Shown piece after piece: positions 55,601 through 64,000 of a DNA stretch of 64,000 bases. Below the pieces are notes generated by a model. It was given only the letters and a program-made list of their open reading frames with translations. It was not told where the DNA came from and made no database searches. This stretch comes from Candidatus Parcubacteria bacterium. Lineage in GTDB: Bacteria > Patescibacteriota > Minisyncoccia > UBA6257 > HR35. The stretch's first letter is position 1. Each line of letters opens with the position of its first letter. The stretch is from the NCBI GenBank assembly GCA_025999335.1, contig AP024681.1:395547-459546 (forward strand), written 5' to 3'. The translations under genes were made by a program, and so were the position numbers.

Positions 55601-55832
55601 CAAATCTGACGATATTGTTGGTCGTAATTTAGCTTATGAGCAAATTATTAAAGGAGAAAAAGTTGAAATAACTTATTATTCTACTATTTTTGAAGTATTA
55701 TTGAACGAATTGAAAGCTTTAGGTTTTAATGTAGAAATTCAATATTATCCTAAAGATAAAGATAAACCAACCTTACCTTTGGGTGAATTAGGTCAAACAA
55801 CTGAAATACCCCAAGAACAACATAATGAATAG
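52617..55832 (+). CDS. rpoB: RNA polymerase beta subunit
   Basis: GTFIINGIER, RDVHPSHYGRICP, GYNYEDA, GDKLANRHGNKG, KLVHMVEDKIHARS, GGQRLGEME. Confidence 0.99.
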   Translation: MFASKNFSKFKYLEINDLLKDIKESFNNFLFLKFENIIKEYFPIYDYSEKELRLDFKGLELGSPKITEDEAKYYGINFDIPLRFNFVLHNLVTGDAKEQKIFFGDIPAMTKSGTFIINGIERIIVNQLLRSPGIYFSYLMYGDAKKFGAKVMPHQGAWLEFQTEATDIIQVRIDRHKKVPVTILLKAFGFESNDEILNFFGNDNFIVNTLKKDNTLNREEALLEIHRKLKPFEPNTYDNALFYFENTFLNPARYNLSPIGRYHVNRRLNNDSQSPCLERRDIELIIKEIIRLNNDQNAERDDIDALYNRRVRDVAELLENQTRIGLLRLKKDIQDRMSAVDKSQALLPSQVVYPRKFINSIIEFFNISPLSQILDQVNPLSSIEHKRKLTGGGPGGLTKERATLEARDVHPSHYGRICPIQTPAEGQSVGISLSRALYARRNEYGFLETPYYKVVNGKISNEIVWLTADQEAKEIIASRFVNIDNKGNILDEEVEARVYGEPRLVSKDEVTLIDVSPFQIFSLATSLIPFVEHDDANRAQMGSKMQNQAVTLVKPDIPLVSTGLEEKTARESGLVIIAEHDGEVVYVDADCIILKCKTSKGYEKVVYNLRKFQRTSAFTCYNQKPIVRLGQKVKKGDVLTDGPAIKNGTLALGQNVLMAFLPWHGYNYEDAIIVSERLLKDDLFSSIYLEEFSVDVLDTRLGPEITTYDIPEVPENKLRNLDIDGYIQVGTYVKPGDILVGKITPKREVEITPEEKLLKAIFGEKAEEKKDSSLYLEPGKEGRVIKVKVLNRSKGEITEPGVLKRVFVEIAKLRKIQIGDKLANRHGNKGVISVILKEEDMPFLPDGRRLDIVLNTTGIISRMNIGQILEAHLGLAAHKLQYRAIVPPFSGFTADEVKAELRKANLPEDGKTILYDGLTGEPFNQRVTVGYMTIMKLVHMVEDKIHARSIGPYSLITQQPLGGRAQFGGQRLGEMEMWALAAHGATEILQEMLTIKSDDIVGRNLAYEQIIKGEKVEITYYSTIFEVLLNELKALGFNVEIQYYPKDKDKPTLPLGELGQTTEIPQEQHNE

Positions 55833-58800
55833 AAAAATTCCGACATCGGAAATAGAAAAATTAATATTAAAGATTGCTTCACCAGAAGAAATTTTAAGTT
55901 GGAGCAAAGGCGAAGTTTTGAGACCGGAAACTATTAATTATCGTACCGGTAAACCTGAAAGAGCCGGTCTTTTTTCAGAAGTTATTTTTGGTCCAATGAA
56001 AGATTTTGAATGCGCTTGTGGTAAGTATAAAAAACCTCAAATTAAGGGTATAACTTGCGAAAGATGTGGGGTGGAAATTATTCATTCTTCAGCGCGCCGA
56101 GAACGGATGGGACATATAACTTTAATTTCACCGGTAGCCCATATTTGGTTTTTAAAAGTTTATCCCTATCCTTTAAAAATATTTTTAGATATTCCTTTGC
56201 ATCAATTAGAAAAAGTAATTTATTATTCAGCTTATATAATTACTCGCGTTGATGAAAACGAGAAGAAAAAGCTATTGCAAGAAATAGAAAAAGAATATAA
56301 AGAAATGATTAGTCAATCAACCTCTAAAGAAGAAAAAAAACAAAAAAGCGCTATTTTTTCTCAAATCAAAGAAGAATTGAATTCTATTCAAGTTAAAAAA
56401 GTTCTCTCCGACGCTGAGTATTATTATTTATCTCGTAAATATCCTAATACTTTTGAGGTTGGTATTGGCGCTGAACCGATTAGAAGATTTTTAGAAGAAA
56501 TTGATTTAGAACAATTGAAAGCCGATACTTTAAAAAAGATTTCTAAAGCATCTTCGAAAGAAAAACAATATTTATTCCTGAAATTAAAATTTATTAACGC
56601 TTTTATAAAACATAACCGTAGACCGGAATGGATGATTTTGACTGTTTTACCGGTTATTCCTCCAGATTTAAGACCTATTGTTCAATTAGCTGGAGGTCAG
56701 TATACATCTTCTGATTTGAATGATTTGTATCGTCGTATTATCAATCGTAATAACCGCTTGCGCAAATTATTAGATTTAAAAACGCCGGAAATTATTTTTA
56801 GAAATGAAAAAAGAATGTTGCAAGACGCTGTTGATTCTTTGATTGATTTGAATATGAAAAAAGATAAAATTACCATTGGTAGAAAAGTGATTAAATCTTT
56901 AGCTGATATTTTAAAAGGTAAAGAAGGTAGATTTAGGCAAAATTTATTAGGAAAAAGAGTTGACTATTCAGGTAGATCGGTTATAGTTATAGGACCAGAA
57001 TTGCGTATTAATGAATGTGGTTTGCCTAAAAAAATAGCTTTTGAATTGTTTAAACCTTTTGTTATTCACGAACTTTTGAAAGCGGAGAAAGCTCAAACAA
57101 CTAAACACGCCAAACATTTGATTGAAATCCAAGATCCTGAAGCTGTTGCCGCTCTTGAGAAGGCTGTCCAAAATAAATATGTTCTTTTAAACAGAGCGCC
57201 TACTTTGCATAAATTAGGTATTTTATCATTCAAACCTATTTTAATTGAAGGTTTGGCGATTCGCATTCCACCATTAGTTTGTGAAGGGTATAACGCTGAT
57301 TTTGATGGTGATCAAATGGGTGTCTTTTTGTTATTGTCAGAAGAAGCACAAGAAGAAGCTCGCGAAATTCTTGACGCCGGAAAAAATTTATTAAGACCGG
57401 GCACTGGCGAACCAGTAGCAAAACCTCAACGTGATATTATAATAGGCCTTTATTATTTGACTTTAATCATAGAAGGCAGTAAAGGCGAGAATAAAAAAGT
57501 ATATGACGCTGAAGAAGCTTTATATTTATATTCTCAGGGTTACCTTGATTTACATGCCAAAATTTTTGTTAAACATTTGAAAGGCGAAAAAGATGTTGAG
57601 ACTTCGGTTGGTCGTATTATCTTTAATAATGTTTTGCCTTACGATTTTCCTTTTGTTAATCAAGTAATTAACAAAAAAGCTATCGGAAAAATTGTTTCTG
57701 ATATTTTAGCTCGTTATGATCTTGATAAAACGGCAATTGTTTTAGATTCATTAAAAGAATTAGGATTTAAATATGTTACTTTATCTGGATTAACTTTAGG
57801 TATTGACGATTTAGTTGAGCCAAGCAATCTTCAAGAGGTGATTAAGGAAAATTTACAAAAGCAAAAAGTTTTAGAAGAAGCTTATGACAATGGATGGATT
57901 AGCGAGCTTGAGAAGAAAAATCAATTAGCTGAAATTTGGAATTTAGCCCGACACGAATTAGATAAAAATGTTCAATTATTAACCAAGCCAACAGATAATA
58001 CAAGGTTAATGATTGATTCCGGCGGTAGAGGCTCTATTGGTCAATTATCACAAATGGTTGCGATTAAAGGTTTGGTTTCTAATCCTAAAGGTGAAATTAT
58101 TGATTTACCAATTTTGTCTTCTTTCAAAAAAGGTTTAACGCCAGCTGAATATTTTATTAGTACCCATGGCGCTCGCAAGGGTGTTGCTGATAAGGCTTTG
58201 AAAACACCTAAATCTGGATACTTAACAAGACGTTTAGTAGACGCTCTTCATGATGTGATTATTCGTATTAATGATTGTGGTGATAATGATGGATTGATTA
58301 TTGATAAAGAAGAATTGAAAAACGCTGGCGATGAATTCAAGGATCAAATTTATTCACGTATTTCTCTAGAAACTGTTAAAGATCAAAATGGCAATATTTT
58401 AGTTAACGAAGGAGATATTATTACTAAAGAGATAGCAGCAAAAATAGATAAAGCTGGCGTAACAAGGATTAAAGTAAGATCACCTTTTAGTTGTAAAGCT
58501 TTATACGGACTTTGCCAAAAGTGTTTTGGTTTAGATTTATCGAATGATAAATTAATTAAACTTGGCGAGGCAGTTGGTATTGTCGCTGCTCAATCAATAG
58601 GTGAGCCTGGCACTCAATTAACGATGCGAACTTTTCACTACGGCGGTGTTGTTGGCGCTATGGACATTACCACCGGTCTTTTAAGAGTAGAAGAAGTTTT
58701 AGAAGTTAGAACGCCTAAAAGTGAAGCCATTTTAAGTCCGGTCAAGGGTAAGGTAAAAGCCATAGAAGAAGCAGCTAAGTTTTTTGTTGTTTCTATTAAA

Positions 58801-59421
58801 ACAAAAAATAATAAAATTATAAATTTGAAAATTTCTAAAAAGTTTAAACTATTAGTTAAAAAAGGAGATGCAGTTGTTAAAGGACAAGTTTTAAATGAAG
58901 GTATTGAAGATCCTAAAAAAATTTACAGGACAAGAGGTAAAATGGCTGCTTTTCAATATATGTTAAGTGAAGTTAAGCGTATTTATAATGAACAAGGAGC
59001 TTCAATTCATAACAAATATCTTGAGATTGTTATTAAAAAGATGTTTTCTCGGGTAAGGATAACTGATCCAGGAGATAGCGAATTTATTATTAACGAAGTT
59101 GTAGAAAAAGATATGTTTTGGGAAGAGAATTTAAAGTTAAAACGAATGGGTAAAAAACCAGCAAAAGGAATTTTAATGTTAATGGGTATTAAGAATATAG
59201 CTTCCAGCATCTATAGTTTTCTATCAGCTGCTTCTTTTCAAGAAACTTCTCGCGCTTTAGTAAGAGCAGCTTTAGAATGTCGCGAAGATACTTTACGAGG
59301 TGTTAAGGAAAATTTTATTATTGGTCGTAAACCAACAATAGGTAATGAATTTAGAAAATGGCTCAAAAAAAAGGATCAGGTACAGTTAAGTCAGGAAGGG
59401 ATTCTATCAGCAAAAGATTAG
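55825..59421 (+). CDS. rpoC: RNA polymerase beta' subunit
   Basis: Zn finger [61 protein letters not shown]. Confidence 0.99.
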   Translation: MNRKIPTSEIEKLILKIASPEEILSWSKGEVLRPETINYRTGKPERAGLFSEVIFGPMKDFECACGKYKKPQIKGITCERCGVEIIHSSARRERMGHITLISPVAHIWFLKVYPYPLKIFLDIPLHQLEKVIYYSAYIITRVDENEKKKLLQEIEKEYKEMISQSTSKEEKKQKSAIFSQIKEELNSIQVKKVLSDAEYYYLSRKYPNTFEVGIGAEPIRRFLEEIDLEQLKADTLKKISKASSKEKQYLFLKLKFINAFIKHNRRPEWMILTVLPVIPPDLRPIVQLAGGQYTSSDLNDLYRRIINRNNRLRKLLDLKTPEIIFRNEKRMLQDAVDSLIDLNMKKDKITIGRKVIKSLADILKGKEGRFRQNLLGKRVDYSGRSVIVIGPELRINECGLPKKIAFELFKPFVIHELLKAEKAQTTKHAKHLIEIQDPEAVAALEKAVQNKYVLLNRAPTLHKLGILSFKPILIEGLAIRIPPLVCEGYNADFDGDQMGVFLLLSEEAQEEAREILDAGKNLLRPGTGEPVAKPQRDIIIGLYYLTLIIEGSKGENKKVYDAEEALYLYSQGYLDLHAKIFVKHLKGEKDVETSVGRIIFNNVLPYDFPFVNQVINKKAIGKIVSDILARYDLDKTAIVLDSLKELGFKYVTLSGLTLGIDDLVEPSNLQEVIKENLQKQKVLEEAYDNGWISELEKKNQLAEIWNLARHELDKNVQLLTKPTDNTRLMIDSGGRGSIGQLSQMVAIKGLVSNPKGEIIDLPILSSFKKGLTPAEYFISTHGARKGVADKALKTPKSGYLTRRLVDALHDVIIRINDCGDNDGLIIDKEELKNAGDEFKDQIYSRISLETVKDQNGNILVNEGDIITKEIAAKIDKAGVTRIKVRSPFSCKALYGLCQKCFGLDLSNDKLIKLGEAVGIVAAQSIGEPGTQLTMRTFHYGGVVGAMDITTGLLRVEEVLEVRTPKSEAILSPVKGKVKAIEEAAKFFVVSIKTKNNKIINLKISKKFKLLVKKGDAVVKGQVLNEGIEDPKKIYRTRGKMAAFQYMLSEVKRIYNEQGASIHNKYLEIVIKKMFSRVRITDPGDSEFIINEVVEKDMFWEENLKLKRMGKKPAKGILMLMGIKNIASSIYSFLSAASFQETSRALVRAALECREDTLRGVKENFIIGRKPTIGNEFRKWLKKKDQVQLSQEGILSAKD

Positions 59422-59639
59422 GAGTAAAAATTTTTGGAGGACAAAAAGTTTATGCTGGTAATATTATTGTTAGACAAAGAGGCACAAAATTTTTACCGGG
59501 TCTTAATGTTAAAAAGGGAAGTGATGATACTTTATATGCTTTGAAAGATGGGATTGTTCGTTTTAAGACTTTGAGAAAAAAAACTTTTTCCGGTAGGAAA
59601 ATATGGAAAAAGCGAGTTGATGTTATTGAAAACAATTAA
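59358..59639 (+). CDS. rpmA: 50S ribosomal protein L27
   Basis: [36 protein letters not shown]. Confidence 0.96.
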   Translation: MAQKKGSGTVKSGRDSISKRLGVKIFGGQKVYAGNIIVRQRGTKFLPGLNVKKGSDDTLYALKDGIVRFKTLRKKTFSGRKIWKKRVDVIENN

Positions 59640-59650
59640 AATATAGCTAG

Positions 59651-59721
59651 TGGACCTAGCCGGAATCGAACCGGCATCTTCGCTTTGCGATAGCGATGCT
59701 TTGCCATTAAGCTATAGGCCC
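59651..59721 (-). tRNA. tRNA-Ala(CGC); CCA not encoded
   Basis: Minus strand GGGCCTA...TAGGTCCA with G3:U70 pair, TCGCT-ATCGCAA-AGCGA anticodon arm, GTTCGATTC. Confidence 0.9.
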
Positions 59722-60962
59722 CTTATGATAGTATTATACCATTTATGATACGGCAAGGGAAATTTTGAGCATAATTGTTGTGTTGTTTTTTTGATTATTT
59801 TTGGATTTATTTTTTTAATAAGAAGTTTATAAATTAATTCAGCAATTATTTCCATTTCTTTTTCTTCCATACCTCTAGCAGTAACCGCTGGCGTTCCTAA
59901 TCTTATGCCTGAAGGATTAAAAGGCGAAATATCATTAGGCAAAGCATTTCTATTAGCTATGATGCCGCTTAATTCTAAAATTTTTTCTGCTTTTTTACCA
60001 TCAATTTTTAATGGCTTGAGATCAATAATCATTAAATGATTCTCGGTACCTCCGCTATATAATCTGAATCCTCTATTGATTAACGATAAAGACAATTGTT
60101 TAGCATTTTTAATTATTTGTTTTTGATAGTTAAGAAATTGTTTTGTTGTCGCTTTTTTAAAAGTATAAGCTATAGCGGCAATTGTTTGCATATGCGGACC
60201 GCCTTGTAAGCCAGGGAATACAGAACGATTAATTTGTTTTTCTAAATCTTTTTTCATAAATATTACTGCACCGCGTGGGCCTTGAAGAGTTTTATGAGTA
60301 GTGGTAGTAACAATATCAGCATAGTGGAATGGTGAAGGATGAAGGTTAGCAATGATTAAGCCGGCAATATGAGAAATATCAGCTAGATGATAAGCTTTGA
60401 TTTTTTTAGCAATTTTAGATATTTGCGAAAAATCAATAATGCGAGGATAGGCAGTTGTGCCGGAAATAATCAGTCGTGGTTTAAATTCATAAGCTAATTT
60501 TGCTATTTCGTTATAATCTATCTTTTCTGTTTGCAGGTTAAGACAATATTGTTTTGTTGTAAACAATTTGCCGCTGTGATTGGCTTGATGTCCGTGAGTT
60601 AAGTGACCACCGTGGAATAAGTTTAATCCCATTATTTTATCTCCTACGTTAAGCAACCCTAAATAAGCAGCTAAATTAGCAGGCGATCCTGAATATGGTT
60701 GGACATTTACTGACCATTGGCGTGAATCAAGTTTAAAAGCTCGCAGAGCTCTTTTTATGCTAAGCATTTCTATTTTATCCATCAAAGCAGTACCCGGATA
60801 GTATCTTTTTTGAGGATAGCCTTCGGAATATTTATTCATCAATGGCGAACCAACAATAAATAGAGTTTCTAAATCAGCATAATTTTCAGAAGGTATTAAA
60901 TTAATAGAATTTTGTTGCCTTTGTAATTCTTTTAAAATAATTCGCCAAAGTTGTTTATCCAT
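59712..60962 (-). CDS. glyA: Serine hydroxymethyltransferase
   Basis: LIPSEN, NKYSEGYP..RYY, VNVQPYSGS, GGHLTHG, TTTTHKTLQGPRG, FPGLQGGP, SGIRLGTPA. Confidence 0.98.
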   Translation of the reverse strand: MDKQLWRIILKELQRQQNSINLIPSENYADLETLFIVGSPLMNKYSEGYPQKRYYPGTALMDKIEMLSIKRALRAFKLDSRQWSVNVQPYSGSPANLAAYLGLLNVGDKIMGLNLFHGGHLTHGHQANHSGKLFTTKQYCLNLQTEKIDYNEIAKLAYEFKPRLIISGTTAYPRIIDFSQISKIAKKIKAYHLADISHIAGLIIANLHPSPFHYADIVTTTTHKTLQGPRGAVIFMKKDLEKQINRSVFPGLQGGPHMQTIAAIAYTFKKATTKQFLNYQKQIIKNAKQLSLSLINRGFRLYSGGTENHLMIIDLKPLKIDGKKAEKILELSGIIANRNALPNDISPFNPSGIRLGTPAVTARGMEEKEMEIIAELIYKLLIKKINPKIIKKTTQQLCSKFPLPYHKWYNTIIRGL

Positions 60963-61953
60963 TTTGGTTTTTATTTTTTGTTAAATAACTATCTAAACTT
61001 AAATATCCTCCGCCAGTTACAAAGAGAATTGATAAAGCGCAAAATAAGGTTATGTGAGAATAAACTTCTTCTTGAAAATAAAAGAAAGAAAGTGTTAAGA
61101 TTACAAAAGTTACAGTTACGATAACTCTTGTATGCAATCCTAGAATAATTAATAAACCAGCAATCAATTCAATTAAACCAGCAACCAGGACCCATGTTTC
61201 TTTGTTTACAGGTATCAAAGCTGTCAAATTGTATTTTTCAACAACTAAACTAGCAACATAAGGATTAAGTATTTTTTCATATAAACCTAAAAAGATTAAA
61301 GCACCGCCTAAAGATATTCTTAAAATCAAAGGTAAAAATTTTTCTATGTTTATTTTTAAAGGCCATATTTTTATGTTCAGCAAATCTTCTAAGCCGGGAG
61401 TTGAGTTTTTTGATAATAATAAGACAATTAACATTCCCAAAATTTCCAAATTGCCAAGAGTATAAAAATTTTTGCTTAGAGCAATAAAATAAAGCACGAT
61501 AGACATAGCAGTCGCTATGAAAATAGGAAAACCAATTAATAAAGCAAAACCTAAAAGAATTTGAACAAATGAAAAACTATTTTCCATCGGTAAAGCAGGA
61601 CTTAGTAAGACATTATTTATGCCTGAACCAATGAGACTAATGCCAATGCTTAACCTTAACATCCAAGGGAATAAATTGCTATATTCTTTTTGTTTGTTAA
61701 GGATATTATTATAAATATTTTTAACAAAAGTTGTTCGTTTAAATCCTATGTATATTATTGCTATAATAATAATTACTGATATTGCAATAAGGATATTGTA
61801 AAAATTAAGAGCTGGCAAGAAAAAATTTATATCATAGCCGCTGTGTTTGCTAAAATTTTCTTGGTCAACAACATATTTTACATGGGCAGTGGTAATTACT
61901 ATGGGTATAATAATATAAAAAAACAGTGCTAATTTAAAAATTAAATTCTGCAT
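60955..61953 (-). CDS. DoxX-family membrane protein (duplicated DoxX-like module)
   Basis: AHVKYV, LRLSIG and LRISLG repeats, EKILNP, ELIAGLLIILGL.TR, GGGYLSLD. Confidence 0.75.
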   Translation of the reverse strand: MQNLIFKLALFFYIIIPIVITTAHVKYVVDQENFSKHSGYDINFFLPALNFYNILIAISVIIIIAIIYIGFKRTTFVKNIYNNILNKQKEYSNLFPWMLRLSIGISLIGSGINNVLLSPALPMENSFSFVQILLGFALLIGFPIFIATAMSIVLYFIALSKNFYTLGNLEILGMLIVLLLSKNSTPGLEDLLNIKIWPLKINIEKFLPLILRISLGGALIFLGLYEKILNPYVASLVVEKYNLTALIPVNKETWVLVAGLIELIAGLLIILGLHTRVIVTVTFVILTLSFFYFQEEVYSHITLFCALSILFVTGGGYLSLDSYLTKNKNQNG

Positions 61954-61987
61954 ATAAAAATTATATCACGTATTTTAAGTTATTATA

Positions 61988-63430
61988 ATGACATTTATCA
62001 AGCAAAAAGATTTAGTAAAAATTTCAGATTATATTTGGGAAATTCCAAAAAGTTTTCGTAAAGATATGAAAGTTCCAGCGAGAATTTTTGCTTCTAAAAA
62101 AATGTTGGCAGAACTACTTGATGAAGAGAGTACAAGTATTTGGCAGCTTGTTAATTTAACAACTTTACCGGGTGTTTATAAGTATTCTTTAGCAATGCCG
62201 GATATTCATTCTGGTTACGGTTCGCCTGTTGGCGGCGTTGTTGCTTTTTTAAAAGAAGAGGGAATTGTTTCGCCGGGAATTTGTGGCTATGATGTGAACT
62301 GCGGCGTTCGTCTTTTGGTTTCTCCTTTTTATTATGAAGAAATTAAAGAAAAAATTCCAAAATTGACTGAACAAATTTACAAAGAAGTACCTTCGGGGGT
62401 TGGCGAAGGCGGCTTTTGGAGATTAAATAATGACGAAATGAATAAAGTTTTATCTGAAGGATCTAAATGGCTTTATGAAATTGGTTATGCTGAAAAAGAC
62501 GATTTAGAAGCAACTGAAAGTTATGGAAAATTTGAAAACGCTGATCCTAATAAGGTTTCGAAAACAGCTAAAGATAGAGGCAGAGATCAATTAGGGACAA
62601 TTGGTGCTGGTAATCATTTTGTTGAAATTCAAAAAGTTGCTGAAATTTTTGATGAAAAGATCGCGAAAAAATTAGGCTTGGAGAAAAATAAGATAACAAT
62701 TATGATACACTGTGGTAGTCGCGGACTTGGTCATCAGGTTGCGACTGATTATATAAGAGAAGCTTTAACATATTTATATAGGAGAAATATTGACCTTGTT
62801 GATCGTGAATTAGCTTATTTTCCTTATGAAACTGAAAAAGGGCAGGATTATTTTTCAGCAATGAAAGCAGCAGCCAATTTTGCTTTTGCTAATCGCCAGC
62901 TTATTGTTTATGAAATTAGAAAAGCATTTAAAAAAGTTTTTAGCAAAGATGTTGACTTAAAGCAAGTTTATGATGTTGCTCATAATATTATTAAAGAAGA
63001 AACTTATGATGGTAAAAGATTGTTAGTTCATCGCAAAGGTGCTACGAGAGCATTTCCAAAAGATAATCCCGAACTTCCTCAAAAATATCAAGAATTTGGC
63101 CAACCAACTTTAATTCCTGGTTCAATGGGAACATCAAGCTATATTTTAATTGGGCAACCTTTAGCTATGGATATTTCTTTTGGTTCTTCTCCTCATGGCG
63201 CTGGCAGAATGATGTCGAGGACAGAGGCAAAAAAGAAAATTAAAGGCAGTGAACTTAAAAAAGAATTGATAGAAAGAGGAATTTCCGTTGCTGCTGGAAG
63301 TATGCTTGGTTTAGCCGAAGAAGCGCCGGCAGCGTATAAAGATGTTATGCAAGTAGTTGAAGTTGTATGTAATATTGGCATTGCGAAAAAATTAGCACAA
63401 TTATTGCCACTTGGAGTTATTAAAGGTTAA
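61988..63430 (+). CDS. rtcB: RNA ligase RtcB (long, archaeal/eukaryal-like)
   Basis: MPDIHSGYG, DVNCG, GTIGAGNHFVE, HCGSRGLGH, DVAHN, HRKGAT, PGSMG, SSPHGAGR. Confidence 0.96.
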   Translation: MTFIKQKDLVKISDYIWEIPKSFRKDMKVPARIFASKKMLAELLDEESTSIWQLVNLTTLPGVYKYSLAMPDIHSGYGSPVGGVVAFLKEEGIVSPGICGYDVNCGVRLLVSPFYYEEIKEKIPKLTEQIYKEVPSGVGEGGFWRLNNDEMNKVLSEGSKWLYEIGYAEKDDLEATESYGKFENADPNKVSKTAKDRGRDQLGTIGAGNHFVEIQKVAEIFDEKIAKKLGLEKNKITIMIHCGSRGLGHQVATDYIREALTYLYRRNIDLVDRELAYFPYETEKGQDYFSAMKAAANFAFANRQLIVYEIRKAFKKVFSKDVDLKQVYDVAHNIIKEETYDGKRLLVHRKGATRAFPKDNPELPQKYQEFGQPTLIPGSMGTSSYILIGQPLAMDISFGSSPHGAGRMMSRTEAKKKIKGSELKKELIERGISVAAGSMLGLAEEAPAAYKDVMQVVEVVCNIGIAKKLAQLLPLGVIKG

Positions 63431-64000
63431 GCGTTGCGAGGGAATTTTCTATAAAATATTTGTTTGGTAATTTCCATTAAGCCTAAACATACTAAAACAA
63501 TAATAAACATTTTTTTTATTAAGTCTTTGCCTAAAGGAGTGAATTGAAATATATCACGAAAGGGAGATAAATAAACAATAACGAAAGTCAGTATAATGGA
63601 GGCAAGAATAGTAATCACAAATAATCTTGACGGTTTGTCTTTAATAAACCAGTCTTTGGTGCGTACCGTAAAACATAAAATTATTCCTAAAATAGTCGTA
63701 GTCATAAAAATAAATGTTCTAATTACAGCAATATCTTGATCTTTTACAATTAAATACGCCGTGATATTAGCTAACATAGTTATAAAAGAAAGAATAATAA
63801 TAAATATAAAAAAGCCAATTTTATAATTGCTAATGCTTTTTTTAATTTCTGTTGTTTTAACTTTATCATTTGCAAAAGATATAATCGGTATATCAGTTAT
63901 AGCATTGGTTAATAAAATTTGCACAGGCGTTAAAGGAGTAAAATTAATGAAATTACTTAAAATTGATAAAGCAAACACATTTCCAAGATTGCCTACTAAA
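63427..64000 (-). CDS. P-type cation-transporting ATPase C-terminal part (MgtA-like; partial)
   Basis: Frame stays open to the window edge: LVGNLGNVFALS..FTPLTPVQILLTNAITD, RTKDWF...PS, SPFRDIFQF, EITKQIFY. Confidence 0.8.
   Translation of the reverse strand, partial: LVGNLGNVFALSILSNFINFTPLTPVQILLTNAITDIPIISFANDKVKTTEIKKSISNYKIGFFIFIIILSFITMLANITAYLIVKDQDIAVIRTFIFMTTTILGIILCFTVRTKDWFIKDKPSRLFVITILASIILTFVIVYLSPFRDIFQFTPLGKDLIKKMFIIVLVCLGLMEITKQIFYRKFPRNA

Noticed and set aside
761-63381. Short antisense/alternate-frame ORFs in the track (e.g. 761-985, 14398-14670, 47234-47584, 50867-51217, 54809-55060)
   Set aside because: Shadows of well-supported genes with no motifs of their own
1-64000. 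CRISPR array or cas genes
   Set aside because: No regularly spaced 25-45-nt repeats with unique spacers seen; no Cas-like ORFs
1-64000. Recoded genetic code 25 (TGA=Gly) as in Gracilibacteria/Absconditabacteria
   Set aside because: Conserved genes are full length under code 11 and several end properly at TGA (recG, rpsO, rplP)

Overview
Very AT-rich bacterial DNA that most likely comes from a Patescibacteria/CPR (Parcubacteria-like) organism. Supporting signs are the absence of rpmD, rplJL without rplKA, the rpsO-NYN-pnp order, CPR-type pilins and GWAW/GIGT surface proteins, and genetic code 11. Core content: trpS 3' end, rplJ-rplL, recG, a Xer recombinase, rpsO-NYN-pnp, tsaD, infC-rpmI, lepA, a dtd-like gene, thrS, tuf plus the S10/spc cluster to secY-adk, rpoBC-rpmA, glyA, rtcB, three tRNAs (Arg-UCG, Ser-UGA, Ala-CGC) and a cell-wall cluster (hydrolase-MurF-DegT-FemABX). 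Most notable: (1) a ~6.9-kb, three-gene fibre/adhesin cassette with recently homogenised internal repeats sits inside the S10 operon between rplW and rplB, with promoters at both ends; (2) a stand-alone promoter + C-rich tract + terminator unit (candidate sRNA; the opposite strand is G4-like) lies inside the cell-wall cluster; (3) DnaA boxes abut the -35 of two surface-protein promoters; (4) there are pilin-lytic transglycosylase and membrane PH-AlbA_2(Schlafen) fusions; (5) a decayed island follows tRNA-Ser; (6) several genes look leaderless; (7) RNA polymerase has a strongly altered rifampicin pocket and bridge helix. All calls come from motif recognition by eye; no database searches were run.
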